Assembly: GCA_040954595.2 (NCBI GenBank)
Contig: CM082587.2
Coordinates: forward strand, 11,773,262-11,837,261
Direction of reading: 5' to 3'
DNA length: 64,000 nt
Origin: Balanoglossus misakiensis
Taxonomy: Eukaryota; Animalia; Hemichordata
Under the pieces are notes generated by a model, which saw only the letters and a program-made list of their open reading frames with translations, was not told where the DNA came from and searched no databases. This document shows positions 24,686 through 38,300 of the stretch, piece after piece. A program made the translations under genes and the position numbers. Each line of letters starts with the position of its first letter. Position 1 is the stretch's first letter.

Positions 24686-25598
24686 GTAATCCTCTTCTCA
24701 TTTGATATGTATTGTGTGACCCTGCAGTTGAAACGCTTTCATCAATAATTTGCGGCGCGTGGGTAATCTCGGTGTTATTGACAATGCAGCCGGCCCAAAC
24801 ATTTTTAAATTAACACTGTTTCTGACTGTATTAACGAAATGTCCAATTTGCAAGTAGCCTATAGACAACCCTTTTGAATGAGTTTTGTCTCGTTGAGATT
24901 TTATACATAAGGAACAATCTAGATTTATTTTAGAAGACACTGTTCTTTTAAAACAGCTAGCATAATACAGCTAAATTTCGGAATTTCCGGACAATTTTCG
25001 GAATTCCTTTTAAATTTGAGAAATTTTTCATCAGATATAAGTGTTACTATTTATTGGACATGTTTTTATCATTGTTTACTTTTTAAGGTCATTCTCATCC
25101 CCCCCCCCCCCCCCAAAAAAAAGCCGCTTTAGGCTTCATGTTCAGTAAAAAATCTGGAAAGTTCAGCTGAATTTTACACTGATCACACATTTTTGGGAAG
25201 GTCTGGCGCAAAATAAAGGATGACAAATGTAAATCTAATGTCACATTTGTAAACCTCTAAGTATTGTACACTCATTCTATTAAGTATATGCAAATAGTAC
25301 GGATAATTTTTTCGGAATGTGGAATTCCGAAATTAGTTCGGAACGTGTTAGCAGTGAAGAGATCACCACTGAGGGTTGGAAGGCCTTGCCAGAAATTAAC
25401 GCGTAAAGTACGCCCTCACAGGCCATGTAAACAAGGTCAAATAAGGCCGTCTGGCAAACGAATGATTAATTCAACGCGCCATTTGAGCCGAGCTGAGTTG
25501 GTCTGAGTTGCGTATCACACAGACTTAGGCTGAATGTCAGTGGAGTAACCAGTCCGTTTTAGATTTACCAATGATGTGAATTTAATTTCTTCACCCAG

Positions 25599-26000
25599 AA
25601 AAACAGAACACAACTTGTCTGCAACATGATGCTGGAGGTGACACATGACAGAGAAGTGGATCCGCGTTGTCAACACAGATGCCAGCATTCAAAAGGGGAG
25701 TGCCACCTGCTAAAATCAACTCATCTGCTGTTGGCCCATTTTACCTGTGGCAACTGTTCAGAGGAGACAACGTTTATTCCGTGCAAGCCAACACGCAATG
25801 TTGGGGTCTACCTGTCAACACAGATGCAAGCATTCATGTGAGTGAGTATCAGGACTGACCTTGTTTTGCTGAATAATTCATAATGCCTATTTTAGAATTC
25901 TTAGAGGCATTTGGAGTTCATTGCCTGGTCAACCAAACTACACCCCTTAACAGCTGAAACAAAATGCGTATTGTGTTCATTCATTCATTGCTTCAATATA
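25599..26000 (+). repeat. Diverged copy of satellite module A inside the cassette
   Basis: Blocks acagatgccagcattca, aactcatctgctgt, agcattcatgtgagtgagt, tgcctattttagaattctta, ctggtca and ttcattcattcattgc occur in monomer order. Internal direct repeat tgtcaacacagatgc at 25668 and 25813. Confidence 0.85.
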
Positions 26001-26316
26001 TATAGGCAACATGAGTATCAAGTAGCACTATTTGTTTACGATTGTATTCATGAAAACTTCCCACTAACAATTCCACAGTTAATATTGAACACATTTATCC
26101 AACAAGGTCAAAAGAAAAAGGGAATCTTCTGGTTCCAAAATACGCCACAAATGTGGGTCAACATACAGTGAAATATTATGGTGCTCAAATATGCAACATA
26201 TCAAATCTGTCTCATCAAAGTCATGCTTTAAAAAAGAATTGAAAAGGTATTATTTATCCATTTGACTGCTGTATTTTCAGAAGGAAAACAAACTGAATTT
26301 GGTTTTTCATGTACAA

Positions 26317-29300
26317 ATATTTTCTGTAAAATAGACATTTAATTGGCAAGCCGTCCTGCATCAATTATTAATTGTGTACATGCACTAAAGCGCCCTCACT
26401 GCTGGGTGTGTTGTATGGTCTTTAACCCTGTTTCAAATTAGAGTACTTTCTGCAATTTCAAGACAGATCTTACGTGCCATTGGAGAGCTCCATTGACTGG
26501 TCATTCATACTGTTTTCATTCATTCATTGCGGCATCAATATATTTTATGTATTCTAGCCAAAGAGCTTGGCACCTGTTGAAATGAACTCATCTGCTGTGG
26601 GCCAGTTTATTGGTGGCAGTTGAGCTGAGGAGAGCACCTTCCTTCCCGGCACGCCACCAAGTAAAGTTCCACGCCGCCCACCACAGATGCCAGCATTCAT
26701 TCATGCGAGTGAGTGTAATTGCAAATTTGCCTATTCTAGATCTGTAATGGAAATGGAGAAAGTACCTTATATTTTCTGTAAAATAGACATTTAATTGGCA
26801 AGCCGTCCTGCATCAATTATTAATTGTGTACATGCACTAAAGCGCCCTCACTGCTGGGTGTGTTGTATGGTCTTTAACCCTGTTTCAAATTAGAGTACTT
26901 TCTGCAATTTCAAGACAGATCTTACGTGCCATTGGAGAGCTCCATTGACTGGTCATTCATACTGTTTTCATTCATTCATTGCGGCATCAATATATTTTAT
27001 CTATTCTAGCCAAAGAGCTTGGCACCTGTTGAAATGAACTCATCTGCTGTGGGCCAGTTTATTGGTGGCAGTTGAGCTGAGGAGAGCACCTTCCTTCCCG
27101 GCACGCCACCAAGTAAAGTTCCACGCCGCCCACCACAGATGCCAGCATTCATTCATGCGAGTGAGTGTAATTGCAAATTTGCCTATTCTAGAATTACGTG
27201 CCATTGGAGAGCTCCATTGACTGGTCATTCATACTGTTTTCATTCATTCATTGCGGCATCAATATATTTTATCTATTCTAGCCAAAGAGCTTGGCACCTG
27301 TTGAAATGAACTCATCTGCTGTGGGCCAGTTTATTGGTGGCAGTTGAGCTGAGGAGAGCACCTTCCTTCCCGGCACGCCACCAAGTAAAGTTCCACGCCG
27401 CCCACCACAGATGCCAGCATTCATTCATGCGAGTGAGTGTAATTGCAAATTTGCCTATTCTAGATCTGTAATGGAAATGGAGAAAGTACCTTATATTTTC
27501 TGTAAAATAGACATTTAATTGGCAAGCCGTCCTGCATCAATTATGAATTGTGTACATGCACTAAAGCGCCCTCACTGCTGGGTGTGTTGTATGGTCTTTA
27601 ACCCTGTTTCAAATTAGAGTACTTTCTGCAATTTCAAGACAGATCTTACGTGCCATTGGAGAGCTCCATTGACTGGTCATTCATACTGTTTTCATTCATT
27701 CATTGCGGCATCAATATATTTTATCTATTCTAGCCAAAGAGCTTGGCACCTGTTGAAATGAACTCATCTGCTGTGGGCCAGTTTATTGGTGGCAGTTGAG
27801 CTGAGGAGAGCACCTTCCTTCCCGGCACGCCACCAAGTAAAGTTCCACGCCGCCCACCACAGATGCCAGCATTCATTCATGCGAGTGAGTGTAATTGCAA
27901 ATTTGCCTATTCTAGAATCTTACGTGCCATTGGAGAGCTCCATTGACTGGTCATTCATACTGTTTTCATTCATTCATTGCGGCATCAATATATTTTATCT
28001 ATTCTAGCCAAAGAGCTTGGCACCTGTTGAAATGAACTCATCTGCTGTGGGCCAGTTTATTGGTGGCAGTTGAGCTGAGGAGAGCACCTTCCTTCCCGGC
28101 ACGCCACCAAGTAAAGTTCCACGCCGCCCACCACAGATGCCAGCATTCATTCATGCGAGTGAGTGTAATTGCAAATTTGCCTATTCTAGATCTGTAATGG
28201 AAATGGAGAAAGTACCTTATATTTTCTGTAAAATAGACATTTAATTGGCAAGCCGTCCTGCATCAATTATTAATTGTGTACATGCACTAAAGCGCCCTCA
28301 CTGCTGGGTGTGTTGTATGGTCTTTAACCCTGTTTCAAATTAGAGTACTTTCTGCAATTTCAAGACAGATCTTACGTGCCATTGGAGAGCTCCATTGACT
28401 GGTCATTCATACTGTTTTCATTCATTCATTGCGGCATCAATATATTTTATCTATTCTAGCCAAAGAGCTTGGCACCTGTTGAAATGAACTCATCTGCTGT
28501 GGGCCAGTTTATTGGTGGCAGTTGAGCTGAGAAGAGCACCTTCCTTCCCGGCACGCCACCAAGTAAAGTTCCACGCCGCCCACCACAGATGCCAGCATTC
28601 ATTCATGCGAGTGAGTGTAATTGCAAATTTGCCTATTCTAGATCTGTAATGGAAATGGAGAAAGTACCTTATATTTTCTGTAAAATAGACATTTAATTGG
28701 CAAGCCGTCCTGCATCAATTATGAATTGTGTACATGCACTAAAGCGCCCTCACTGCTGGGTGTGTTGTATGGTCTTTAACCCTGTTTCAAATTAGAGTAC
28801 TTTCTGCAATTTCAAGACAGATCTTACGTGCCATTGGAGAGCTCCATTGACTGGTCATTCATACTGTTTTCATTCATTCATTGCGGCATCAATATATTTT
28901 ATCTATTCTAGCCAAAGAGCTTGGCACCTGTTGAAATGAACTCATCTGCTGTGGGCCAGTTTATTGGTGGCAGTTGAGCTGAGGAGAGCACCTTCCTTCC
29001 CGGCACGCCACCAAGTAAAGTTCCACGCCGCCCACCACAGATGCCAGCATTCATTCATGCGAGTGAGTGTAATTGCAAATTTGCCTATTCTAGATCTGTA
29101 ATGGAAATGGAGAAAGTACCTTATATTTTCTGTAAAATAGACATTTAATTGGCAAGCCGTCCTGCATCAATTATGAATTGTGTACATGCACTAAAGCGCC
29201 CTCACTGCTGGGTGTGTTGTATGGTCTTTAACCCTGTTTCAAATTAGAGTACTTTCTGCAATTTCAAGACAGATCTTACGTGCCATTGGAGAGCTCCATT

Positions 29301-32300
29301 GACTGGTCATTCATACTGTTTTCATTCATTCATTGCGGCATCAATATATTTTATCTATTCTAGCCAAAGAGCTTGGCACCTGTTGAAATGAACTCATCTG
29401 CTGTGGGCCAGTTTATTGGTGGCAGTTGAGCTGAGGAGAGCACCTTCCTTCCCGGCACGCCACCAAGTAAAGTTCCACGCCGCCCACCACAGATGCCAGC
29501 ATTCATTCATGCGAGTGAGTGTAATTGCAAATTTGCCTATTCTAGATCTGTAATGGAAATGGAGAAAGTACCTTATATTTTCTGTAAAATAGACATTTAA
29601 TTGGCAAGCCGTCCTGCATCAATTATGAATTGTGTACATGCACTAAAGCGCCCTCACTGCTGGGTGTGTTGTATGGTCTTTAACCCTGTTTCAAATTAGA
29701 GTACTTTCTGCAATTTCAAGACAGATCTTACGTGCCATTGGAGAGCTCCATTGACTGGTCATTCATACTGTTTTCATTCATTCATTGCGGCATCAATATA
29801 TTTTATCTATTCTAGCCAAAGAGCTTGGCACCTGTTGAAATGAACTCATCTGCTGTGGGCCAGTTTATTGGTGGCAGTTGAGCTGAGGAGAGCACCTTCC
29901 TTCCCGGCACGCCACCAAGTAAAGTTCCACGCCGCCCACCACAGATGCCAGCATTCATTCATGCGAGTGAGTGTAATTGCAAATTTGCCTATTCTAGATC
30001 TGTAATGGAAATGGAGAAAGTACCTTATATTTTCTGTAAAATAGACATTTAATTGGCAAGCCGTCCTGCATCAATTATGAATTGTGTACATGCACTAAAG
30101 CGCCCTCACTGCTGGGTGTGTTGTATGGTCTTTAACCCTGTTTCAAATTAGAGTACTTTCTGCAATTTCAAGACAGATCTTACGTGCCATTGGAGAGCTC
30201 CATTGACTGGTCATTCATACTGTTTTCATTCATTCATTGCGGCATCAATATATTTTATCTATTCTAGCCAAAGAGCTTGGCACCTGTTGAAATGAACTCA
30301 TCTGCTGTGGGCCAGTTTATTGGTGGCAGTTGAGCTGAGAAGAGCACCTTCCTTCCCGGCACGCCACCAAGTAAAGTTCCACGCCGCCCACCACAGATGC
30401 CAGCATTCATTCATGCGAGTGAGTGTAATTGCAAATTTGCCTATTCTAGAATCTTACGTGCCATTGGAGAGCTCCATTGACTGGTCATTCATACTGTTTT
30501 CATTCATTCATTGCGGCATCAATATATTTTATCTATTCTAGCCAAAGAGCTTGGCACCTGTTGAAATGAACTCATCTGCTGTGGGCCAGTTTATTGGTGG
30601 CAGTTGAGCTGAGGAGAGCACCTTCCTTCCCGGGACGCCACCAAGTAAAGTTCCACGCCGCCCACCACAGATGCCAGCATTCATTCATGCGAGTGAGTGT
30701 AATTGCAAATTTGCCTATTCTAGATTCTTACGTGCCATTGGAGAGCTCCATTGACTGGTCATTCATACTGTTTTCATTCATTCATTGCGGCATCAATATA
30801 TTTTATCTATTCTAGCCAAAGAGCTTGGCACCTGTTGAAATGAACTCATCTGCTGTGGGCCAGTTTATTGGTGGCAGTTGAGCTGAGGAGAGCACCTTCC
30901 TTCCCGGCACGCCACCAAGTAAAGTTCCACGCCGCCCACCACAGATGCCAGCATTCATTCATGCGAGTGAGTGTAATTGCAAATTTGCCTATTCTAGATC
31001 TGTAATGGAAATGGAGAAAGTACCTTATATTTTCTGTAAAATAGACATTTAATTGGCAAGCCGTCCTGCATCAATTATTAATTGTGTACATGCACTAAAG
31101 CGCCCTCACTGCTGGGTGTGTTGTATGGTCTTTAACCCTGTTTCAAATTAGAGTACTTTCTGCAATTTCAAGACAGATCTTACGTGCCATTGGAGAGCTC
31201 CATTGACTGGTCATTCATACTGTTTTCATTCATTCATTGCGGCATCAATATATTTTATCTATTCTAGCCAAAGAGCTTGGCACCTGTTGAAATGAACTCA
31301 TCTGCTGTGGGCCAGTTTATTGGTGGCAGTTGAGCTGAGGAGAGCACCTTCCTTCCCGGCACGCCACCAAGTAAAGTTCCACGCCGCCCACCACAGATGC
31401 CAGCATTCATTCATGCGAGTGAGTGTAATTGCAAATTTGCCTATTCTAGATCTGTAATGGAAATGGAGAAAGTACCTTATATTTTCTGTAAAATAGACAT
31501 TTAATTGGCAAGCCGTCCTGCATCAATTATTAATTGTGTACATGCACTAAAGCGCCCTCACTGCTGGGTGTGTTGTATGGTCTTTAACCCTGTTTCAAAT
31601 TAGAGTACTTTCTGCAATTTCAAGACAGATCTTACGTGCCATTGGAGAGCTCCATTGACTGGTCATTCATACTGTTTTCATTCATTCATTGCGGCATCAA
31701 TATATTTTATCTATTCTAGCCAAAGAGCTTGGCACCTGTTGAAATGAACTCATCTGCTGTGGGCCAGTTTATTGGTGGCAGTTGAGCTGAGGAGAGCACC
31801 TTCCTTCCCGGCACGCCACCAAGTAAAGTTCCACGCCGCCCACCACAGATGCCAGCATTCATTCATGCGAGTGAGTGTAATTGCAAATTTGCCTATTCTA
31901 GAATTACGTGCCATTGGAGAGCTCCATTGACTGGTCATTCATACTGTTTTCATTCATTCATTGCGGCATCAATATATTTTATCTATTCTAGCCAAAGAGC
32001 TTGGCACCTGTTGAAATGAACTCATCTGCTGTGGGCCAGTTTATTGGTGGCAGTTGAGCTGAGGAGAGCACCTTCCTTCCCGGCACGCCACCAAGTAAAG
32101 TTCCACGCCGCCCACCACAGATGCCAGCATTCATTCATGCGAGTGAGTGTAATTGCAAATTTGCCTATTCTAGATCTGTAATGGAAATGGAGAAAGTACC
32201 TTATATTTTCTGTAAAATAGACATTTAATTGGCAAGCCGTCCTGCATCAATTATGAATTGTGTACATGCACTAAAGCGCCCTCACTGCTGGGTGTGTTGT

Positions 32301-35300
32301 ATGGTCTTTAACCCTGTTTCAAATTAGAGTACTTTCTGCAATTTCAAGACAGATCTTACGTGCCATTGGAGAGCTCCATTGACTGGTCATTCATACTGTT
32401 TTCATTCATTCATTGCGGCATCAATATATTTTATCTATTCTAGCCAAAGAGCTTGGCACCTGTTGAAATGAACTCATCTGCTGTGGGCCAGTTTATTGGT
32501 GGCAGTTGAGCTGAGGAGAGCACCTTCCTTCCCGGCACGCCACCAAGTAAAGTTCCACGCCGCCCACCACAGATGCCAGCATTCATTCATGCGAGTGAGT
32601 GTAATTGCAAATTTGCCTATTCTAGAATCTTACGTGCCATTGGAGAGCTCCATTGACTGGTCATTCATACTGTTTTCATTCATTCATTGCGGCATCAATA
32701 TATTTTATCTATTCTAGCCAAAGAGCTTGGCACCTGTTGAAATGAACTCATCTGCTGTGGGCCAGTTTATTGGTGGCAGTTGAGCTGAGGAGAGCACCTT
32801 CCTTCCCGGCACGCCACCAAGTAAAGTTCCACGCCGCCCACCACAGATGCCAGCATTCATTCATGCGAGTGAGTGTAATTGCAAATTTGCCTATTCTAGA
32901 TCTGTAATGGAAATGGAGAAAGTACCTTATATTTTCTGTAAAATAGACATTTAATTGGCAAGCCGTCCTGCATCAATTATTAATTGTGTACATGCACTAA
33001 AGCGCCCTCACTGCTGGGTGTGTTGTATGGTCTTTAACCCTGTTTCAAATTAGAGTACTTTCTGCAATTTCAAGACAGATCTTACGTGCCATTGGAGAGC
33101 TCCATTGACTGGTCATTCATACTGTTTTCATTCATTCATTGCGGCATCAATATATTTTATCTATTCTAGCCAAAGAGCTTGGCACCTGTTGAAATGAACT
33201 CATCTGCTGTGGGCCAGTTTATTGGTGGCAGTTGAGCTGAGAAGAGCACCTTCCTTCCCGGCACGCCACCAAGTAAAGTTCCACGCCGCCCACCACAGAT
33301 GCCAGCATTCATTCATGCGAGTGAGTGTAATTGCAAATTTGCCTATTCTAGATCTGTAATGGAAATGGAGAAAGTACCTTATATTTTCTGTAAAATAGAC
33401 ATTTAATTGGCAAGCCGTCCTGCATCAATTATGAATTGTGTACATGCACTAAAGCGCCCTCACTGCTGGGTGTGTTGTATGGTCTTTAACCCTGTTTCAA
33501 ATTAGAGTACTTTCTGCAATTTCAAGACAGATCTTACGTGCCATTGGAGAGCTCCATTGACTGGTCATTCATACTGTTTTCATTCATTCATTGCGGCATC
33601 AATATATTTTATCTATTCTAGCCAAAGAGCTTGGCACCTGTTGAAATGAACTCATCTGCTGTGGGCCAGTTTATTGGTGGCAGTTGAGCTGAGGAGAGCA
33701 CCTTCCTTCCCGGCACGCCACCAAGTAAAGTTCCACGCCGCCCACCACAGATGCCAGCATTCATTCATGCGAGTGAGTGTAATTGCAAATTTGCCTATTC
33801 TAGATCTGTAATGGAAATGGAGAAAGTACCTTATATTTTCTGTAAAATAGACATTTAATTGGCAAGCCGTCCTGCATCAATTATGAATTGTGTACATGCA
33901 CTAAAGCGCCCTCACTGCTGGGTGTGTTGTATGGTCTTTAACCCTGTTTCAAATTAGAGTACTTTCTGCAATTTCAAGACAGATCTTACGTGCCATTGGA
34001 GAGCTCCATTGACTGGTCATTCATACTGTTTTCATTCATTCATTGCGGCATCAATATATTTTATCTATTCTAGCCAAAGAGCTTGGCACCTGTTGAAATG
34101 AACTCATCTGCTGTGGGCCAGTTTATTGGTGGCAGTTGAGCTGAGGAGAGCACCTTCCTTCCCGGCACGCCACCAAGTAAAGTTCCACGCCGCCCACCAC
34201 AGATGCCAGCATTCATTCATGCGAGTGAGTGTAATTGCAAATTTGCCTATTCTAGATCTGTAATGGAAATGGAGAAAGTACCTTATATTTTCTGTAAAAT
34301 AGACATTTAATTGGCAAGCCGTCCTGCATCAATTATGAATTGTGTACATGCACTAAAGCGCCCTCACTGCTGGGTGTGTTGTATGGTCTTTAACCCTGTT
34401 TCAAATTAGAGTACTTTCTGCAATTTCAAGACAGATCTTACGTGCCATTGGAGAGCTCCATTGACTGGTCATTCATACTGTTTTCATTCATTCATTGCGG
34501 CATCAATATATTTTATCTATTCTAGCCAAAGAGCTTGGCACCTGTTGAAATGAACTCATCTGCTGTGGGCCAGTTTATTGGTGGCAGTTGAGCTGAGGAG
34601 AGCACCTTCCTTCCCGGCACGCCACCAAGTAAAGTTCCACGCCGCCCACCACAGATGCCAGCATTCATTCATGCGAGTGAGTGTAATTGCAAATTTGCCT
34701 ATTCTAGATCTGTAATGGAAATGGAGAAAGTACCTTATATTTTCTGTAAAATAGACATTTAATTGGCAAGCCGTCCTGCATCAATTATGAATTGTGTACA
34801 TGCACTAAAGCGCCCTCACTGCTGGGTGTGTTGTATGGTCTTTAACCCTGTTTCAAATTAGAGTACTTTCTGCAATTTCAAGACAGATCTTACGTGCCAT
34901 TGGAGAGCTCCATTGACTGGTCATTCATACTGTTTTCATTCATTCATTGCGGCATCAATATATTTTATCTATTCTAGCCAAAGAGCTTGGCACCTGTTGA
35001 AATGAACTCATCTGCTGTGGGCCAGTTTATTGGTGGCAGTTGAGCTGAGAAGAGCACCTTCCTTCCCGGCACGCCACCAAGTAAAGTTCCACGCCGCCCA
35101 CCACAGATGCCAGCATTCATTCATGCGAGTGAGTGTAATTGCAAATTTGCCTATTCTAGAATCTTACGTGCCATTGGAGAGCTCCATTGACTGGTCATTC
35201 ATACTGTTTTCATTCATTCATTGCGGCATCAATATATTTTATCTATTCTAGCCAAAGAGCTTGGCACCTGTTGAAATGAACTCATCTGCTGTGGGCCAGT

Positions 35301-38300
35301 TTATTGGTGGCAGTTGAGCTGAGGAGAGCACCTTCCTTCCCGGGACGCCACCAAGTAAAGTTCCACGCCGCCCACCACAGATGCCAGCATTCATTCATGC
35401 GAGTGAGTGTAATTGCAAATTTGCCTATTCTAGATTCTTACGTGCCATTGGAGAGCTCCATTGACTGGTCATTCATACTGTTTTCATTCATTCATTGCGG
35501 CATCAATATATTTTATCTATTCTAGCCAAAGAGCTTGGCACCTGTTGAAATGAACTCATCTGCTGTGGGCCAGTTTATTGGTGGCAGTTGAGCTGAGGAG
35601 AGCACCTTCCTTCCCGGCACGCCACCAAGTAAAGTTCCACGCCGCCCACCACAGATGCCAGCATTCATTCATGCGAGTGAGTGTAATTGCAAATTTGCCT
35701 ATTCTAGATCTGTAATGGAAATGGAGAAAGTACCTTATATTTTCTGTAAAATAGACATTTAATTGGCAAGCCGTCCTGCATCAATTATTAATTGTGTACA
35801 TGCACTAAAGCGCCCTCACTGCTGGGTGTGTTGTATGGTCTTTAACCCTGTTTCAAATTAGAGTACTTTCTGCAATTTCAAGACAGATCTTACGTGCCAT
35901 TGGAGAGCTCCATTGACTGGTCATTCATACTGTTTTCATTCATTCATTGCGGCATCAATATATTTTATCTATTCTAGCCAAAGAGCTTGGCACCTGTTGA
36001 AATGAACTCATCTGCTGTGGGCCAGTTTATTGGTGGCAGTTGAGCTGAGGAGAGCACCTTCCTTCCCGGCACGCCACCAAGTAAAGTTCCACGCCGCCCA
36101 CCACAGATGCCAGCATTCATTCATGCGAGTGAGTGTAATTGCAAATTTGCCTATTCTAGAATTACGTGCCATTGGAGAGCTCCATTGACTGGTCATTCAT
36201 ACTGTTTTCATTCATTCATTGCGGCATCAATATATTTTATCTATTCTAGCCAAAGAGCTTGGCACCTGTTGAAATGAACTCATCTGCTGTGGGCCAGTTT
36301 ATTGGTGGCAGTTGAGCTGAGGAGAGCACCTTCCTTCCCGGCACGCCACCAAGTAAAGTTCCACGCCGCCCACCACAGATGCCAGCATTCATTCATGCGA
36401 GTGAGTGTAATTGCAAATTTGCCTATTCTAGATCTGTAATGGAAATGGAGAAAGTACCTTATATTTTCTGTAAAATAGACATTTAATTGGCAAGCCGTCC
36501 TGCATCAATTATGAATTGTGTACATGCACTAAAGCGCCCTCACTGCTGGGTGTGTTGTATGGTCTTTAACCCTGTTTCAAATTAGAGTACTTTCTGCAAT
36601 TTCAAGACAGATCTTACGTGCCATTGGAGAGCTCCATTGACTGGTCATTCATACTGTTTTCATTCATTCATTGCGGCATCAATATATTTTATCTATTCTA
36701 GCCAAAGAGCTTGGCACCTGTTGAAATGAACTCATCTGCTGTGGGCCAGTTTATTGGTGGCAGTTGAGCTGAGGAGAGCACCTTCCTTCCCGGCACGCCA
36801 CCAAGTAAAGTTCCACGCCGCCCACCACAGATGCCAGCATTCATTCATGCGAGTGAGTGTAATTGCAAATTTGCCTATTCTAGATCTGTAATGGAAATGG
36901 AGAAAGTACCTTATATTTTCTGTAAAATAGACATTTAATTGGCAAGCCGTCCTGCATCAATTATGAATTGTGTACATGCACTAAAGCGCCCTCACTGCTG
37001 GGTGTGTTGTATGGTCTTTAACCCTGTTTCAAATTAGAGTACTTTCTGCAATTTCAAGACAGATCTTACGTGCCATTGGAGAGCTCCATTGACTGGTCAT
37101 TCATACTGTTTTCATTCATTCATTTCGGCATCAATATATTTTATCTATTCTAGCCAAAGAGCTTGGCACCTGTTGAAATGAACTCATCTGCTGTGGGCCA
37201 GTTTATTGGTGGCAGTTGAGCTGAGAAGAGCACCTTCCTTCCCGGCACGCCACCAAGTAAAGTTCCACGCCGCCCACCACAGATGCCAGCATTCATTCAT
37301 GCGAGTGAGTGTAATTGCAAATTTGCCTATTCTAGAATCTTACGTGCCATTGGAGAGCTCCATTGACTGGTCATTCATACTGTTTTCATTCATTCATTGC
37401 GGCATCAATATATTTTATCTATTCTAGCCAAAGAGCTTGGCACCTGTTGAAATGAACTCATCTGCTGTGGGCCAGTTTATTGGTGGCAGTTGAGCTGAGG
37501 AGAGCACCTTCCTTCCCGGGACGCCACCAAGTAAAGTTCCACGCCGCCCACCACAGATGCCAGCATTCATTCATGCGAGTGAGTGTAATTGCAAATTTGC
37601 CTATTCTAGATTCTTACGTGCCATTGGAGAGCTCCATTGACTGGTCATTCATACTGTTTTCATTCATTCATTGCGGCATCAATATATTTTATCTATTCTA
37701 GCCAAAGAGCTTGGCACCTGTTGAAATGAACTCATCTGCTGTGGGCCAGTTTATTGGTGGCAGTTGAGCTGAGGAGAGCACCTTCCTTCCCGGCACGCCA
37801 CCAAGTAAAGTTCCACGCCGCCCACCACAGATGCCAGCATTCATTCATGCGAGTGAGTGTAATTGCAAATTTGCCTATTCTAGATCTGTAATGGAAATGG
37901 AGAAAGTACCTTATATTTTCTGTAAAATAGACATTTAATTGGCAAGCCGTCCTGCATCAATTATTAATTGTGTACATGCACTAAAGCGCCCTCACTGCTG
38001 GGTGTGTTGTATGGTCTTTAACCCTGTTTCAAATTAGAGTACTTTCTGCAATTTCAAGACAGATCTTACGTGCCATTGGAGAGCTCCATTGACTGGTCAT
38101 TCATACTGTTTTCATTCATTCATTGCGGCATCAATATATTTTATCTATTCTAGCCAAAGAGCTTGGCACCTGTTGAAATGAACTCATCTGCTGTGGGCCA
38201 GTTTATTGGTGGCAGTTGAGCTGAGGAGAGCACCTTCCTTCCCGGCACGCCACCAAGTAAAGTTCCACGCCGCCCACCACAGATGCCAGCATTCATTCAT

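Larger units (their letters stand above)
18170..26316. mobile_element. ~8.15-kb transposon-like gene cassette, copy 1 (split DDD transposase, wHTH-SET, His-Me endonuclease)
   Basis: Non-array sequence leaves module A after agtaaagttccacg (18169) and rejoins module B at atattttctgtaaaatag (26317). Repeated at +22632. Confidence 0.85.

Noticed and set aside
23457-25114. G20 run and C16 run as inverted ends of a nested element
   Set aside because: Homopolymers only, with no flanking complementarity or target duplication seen.
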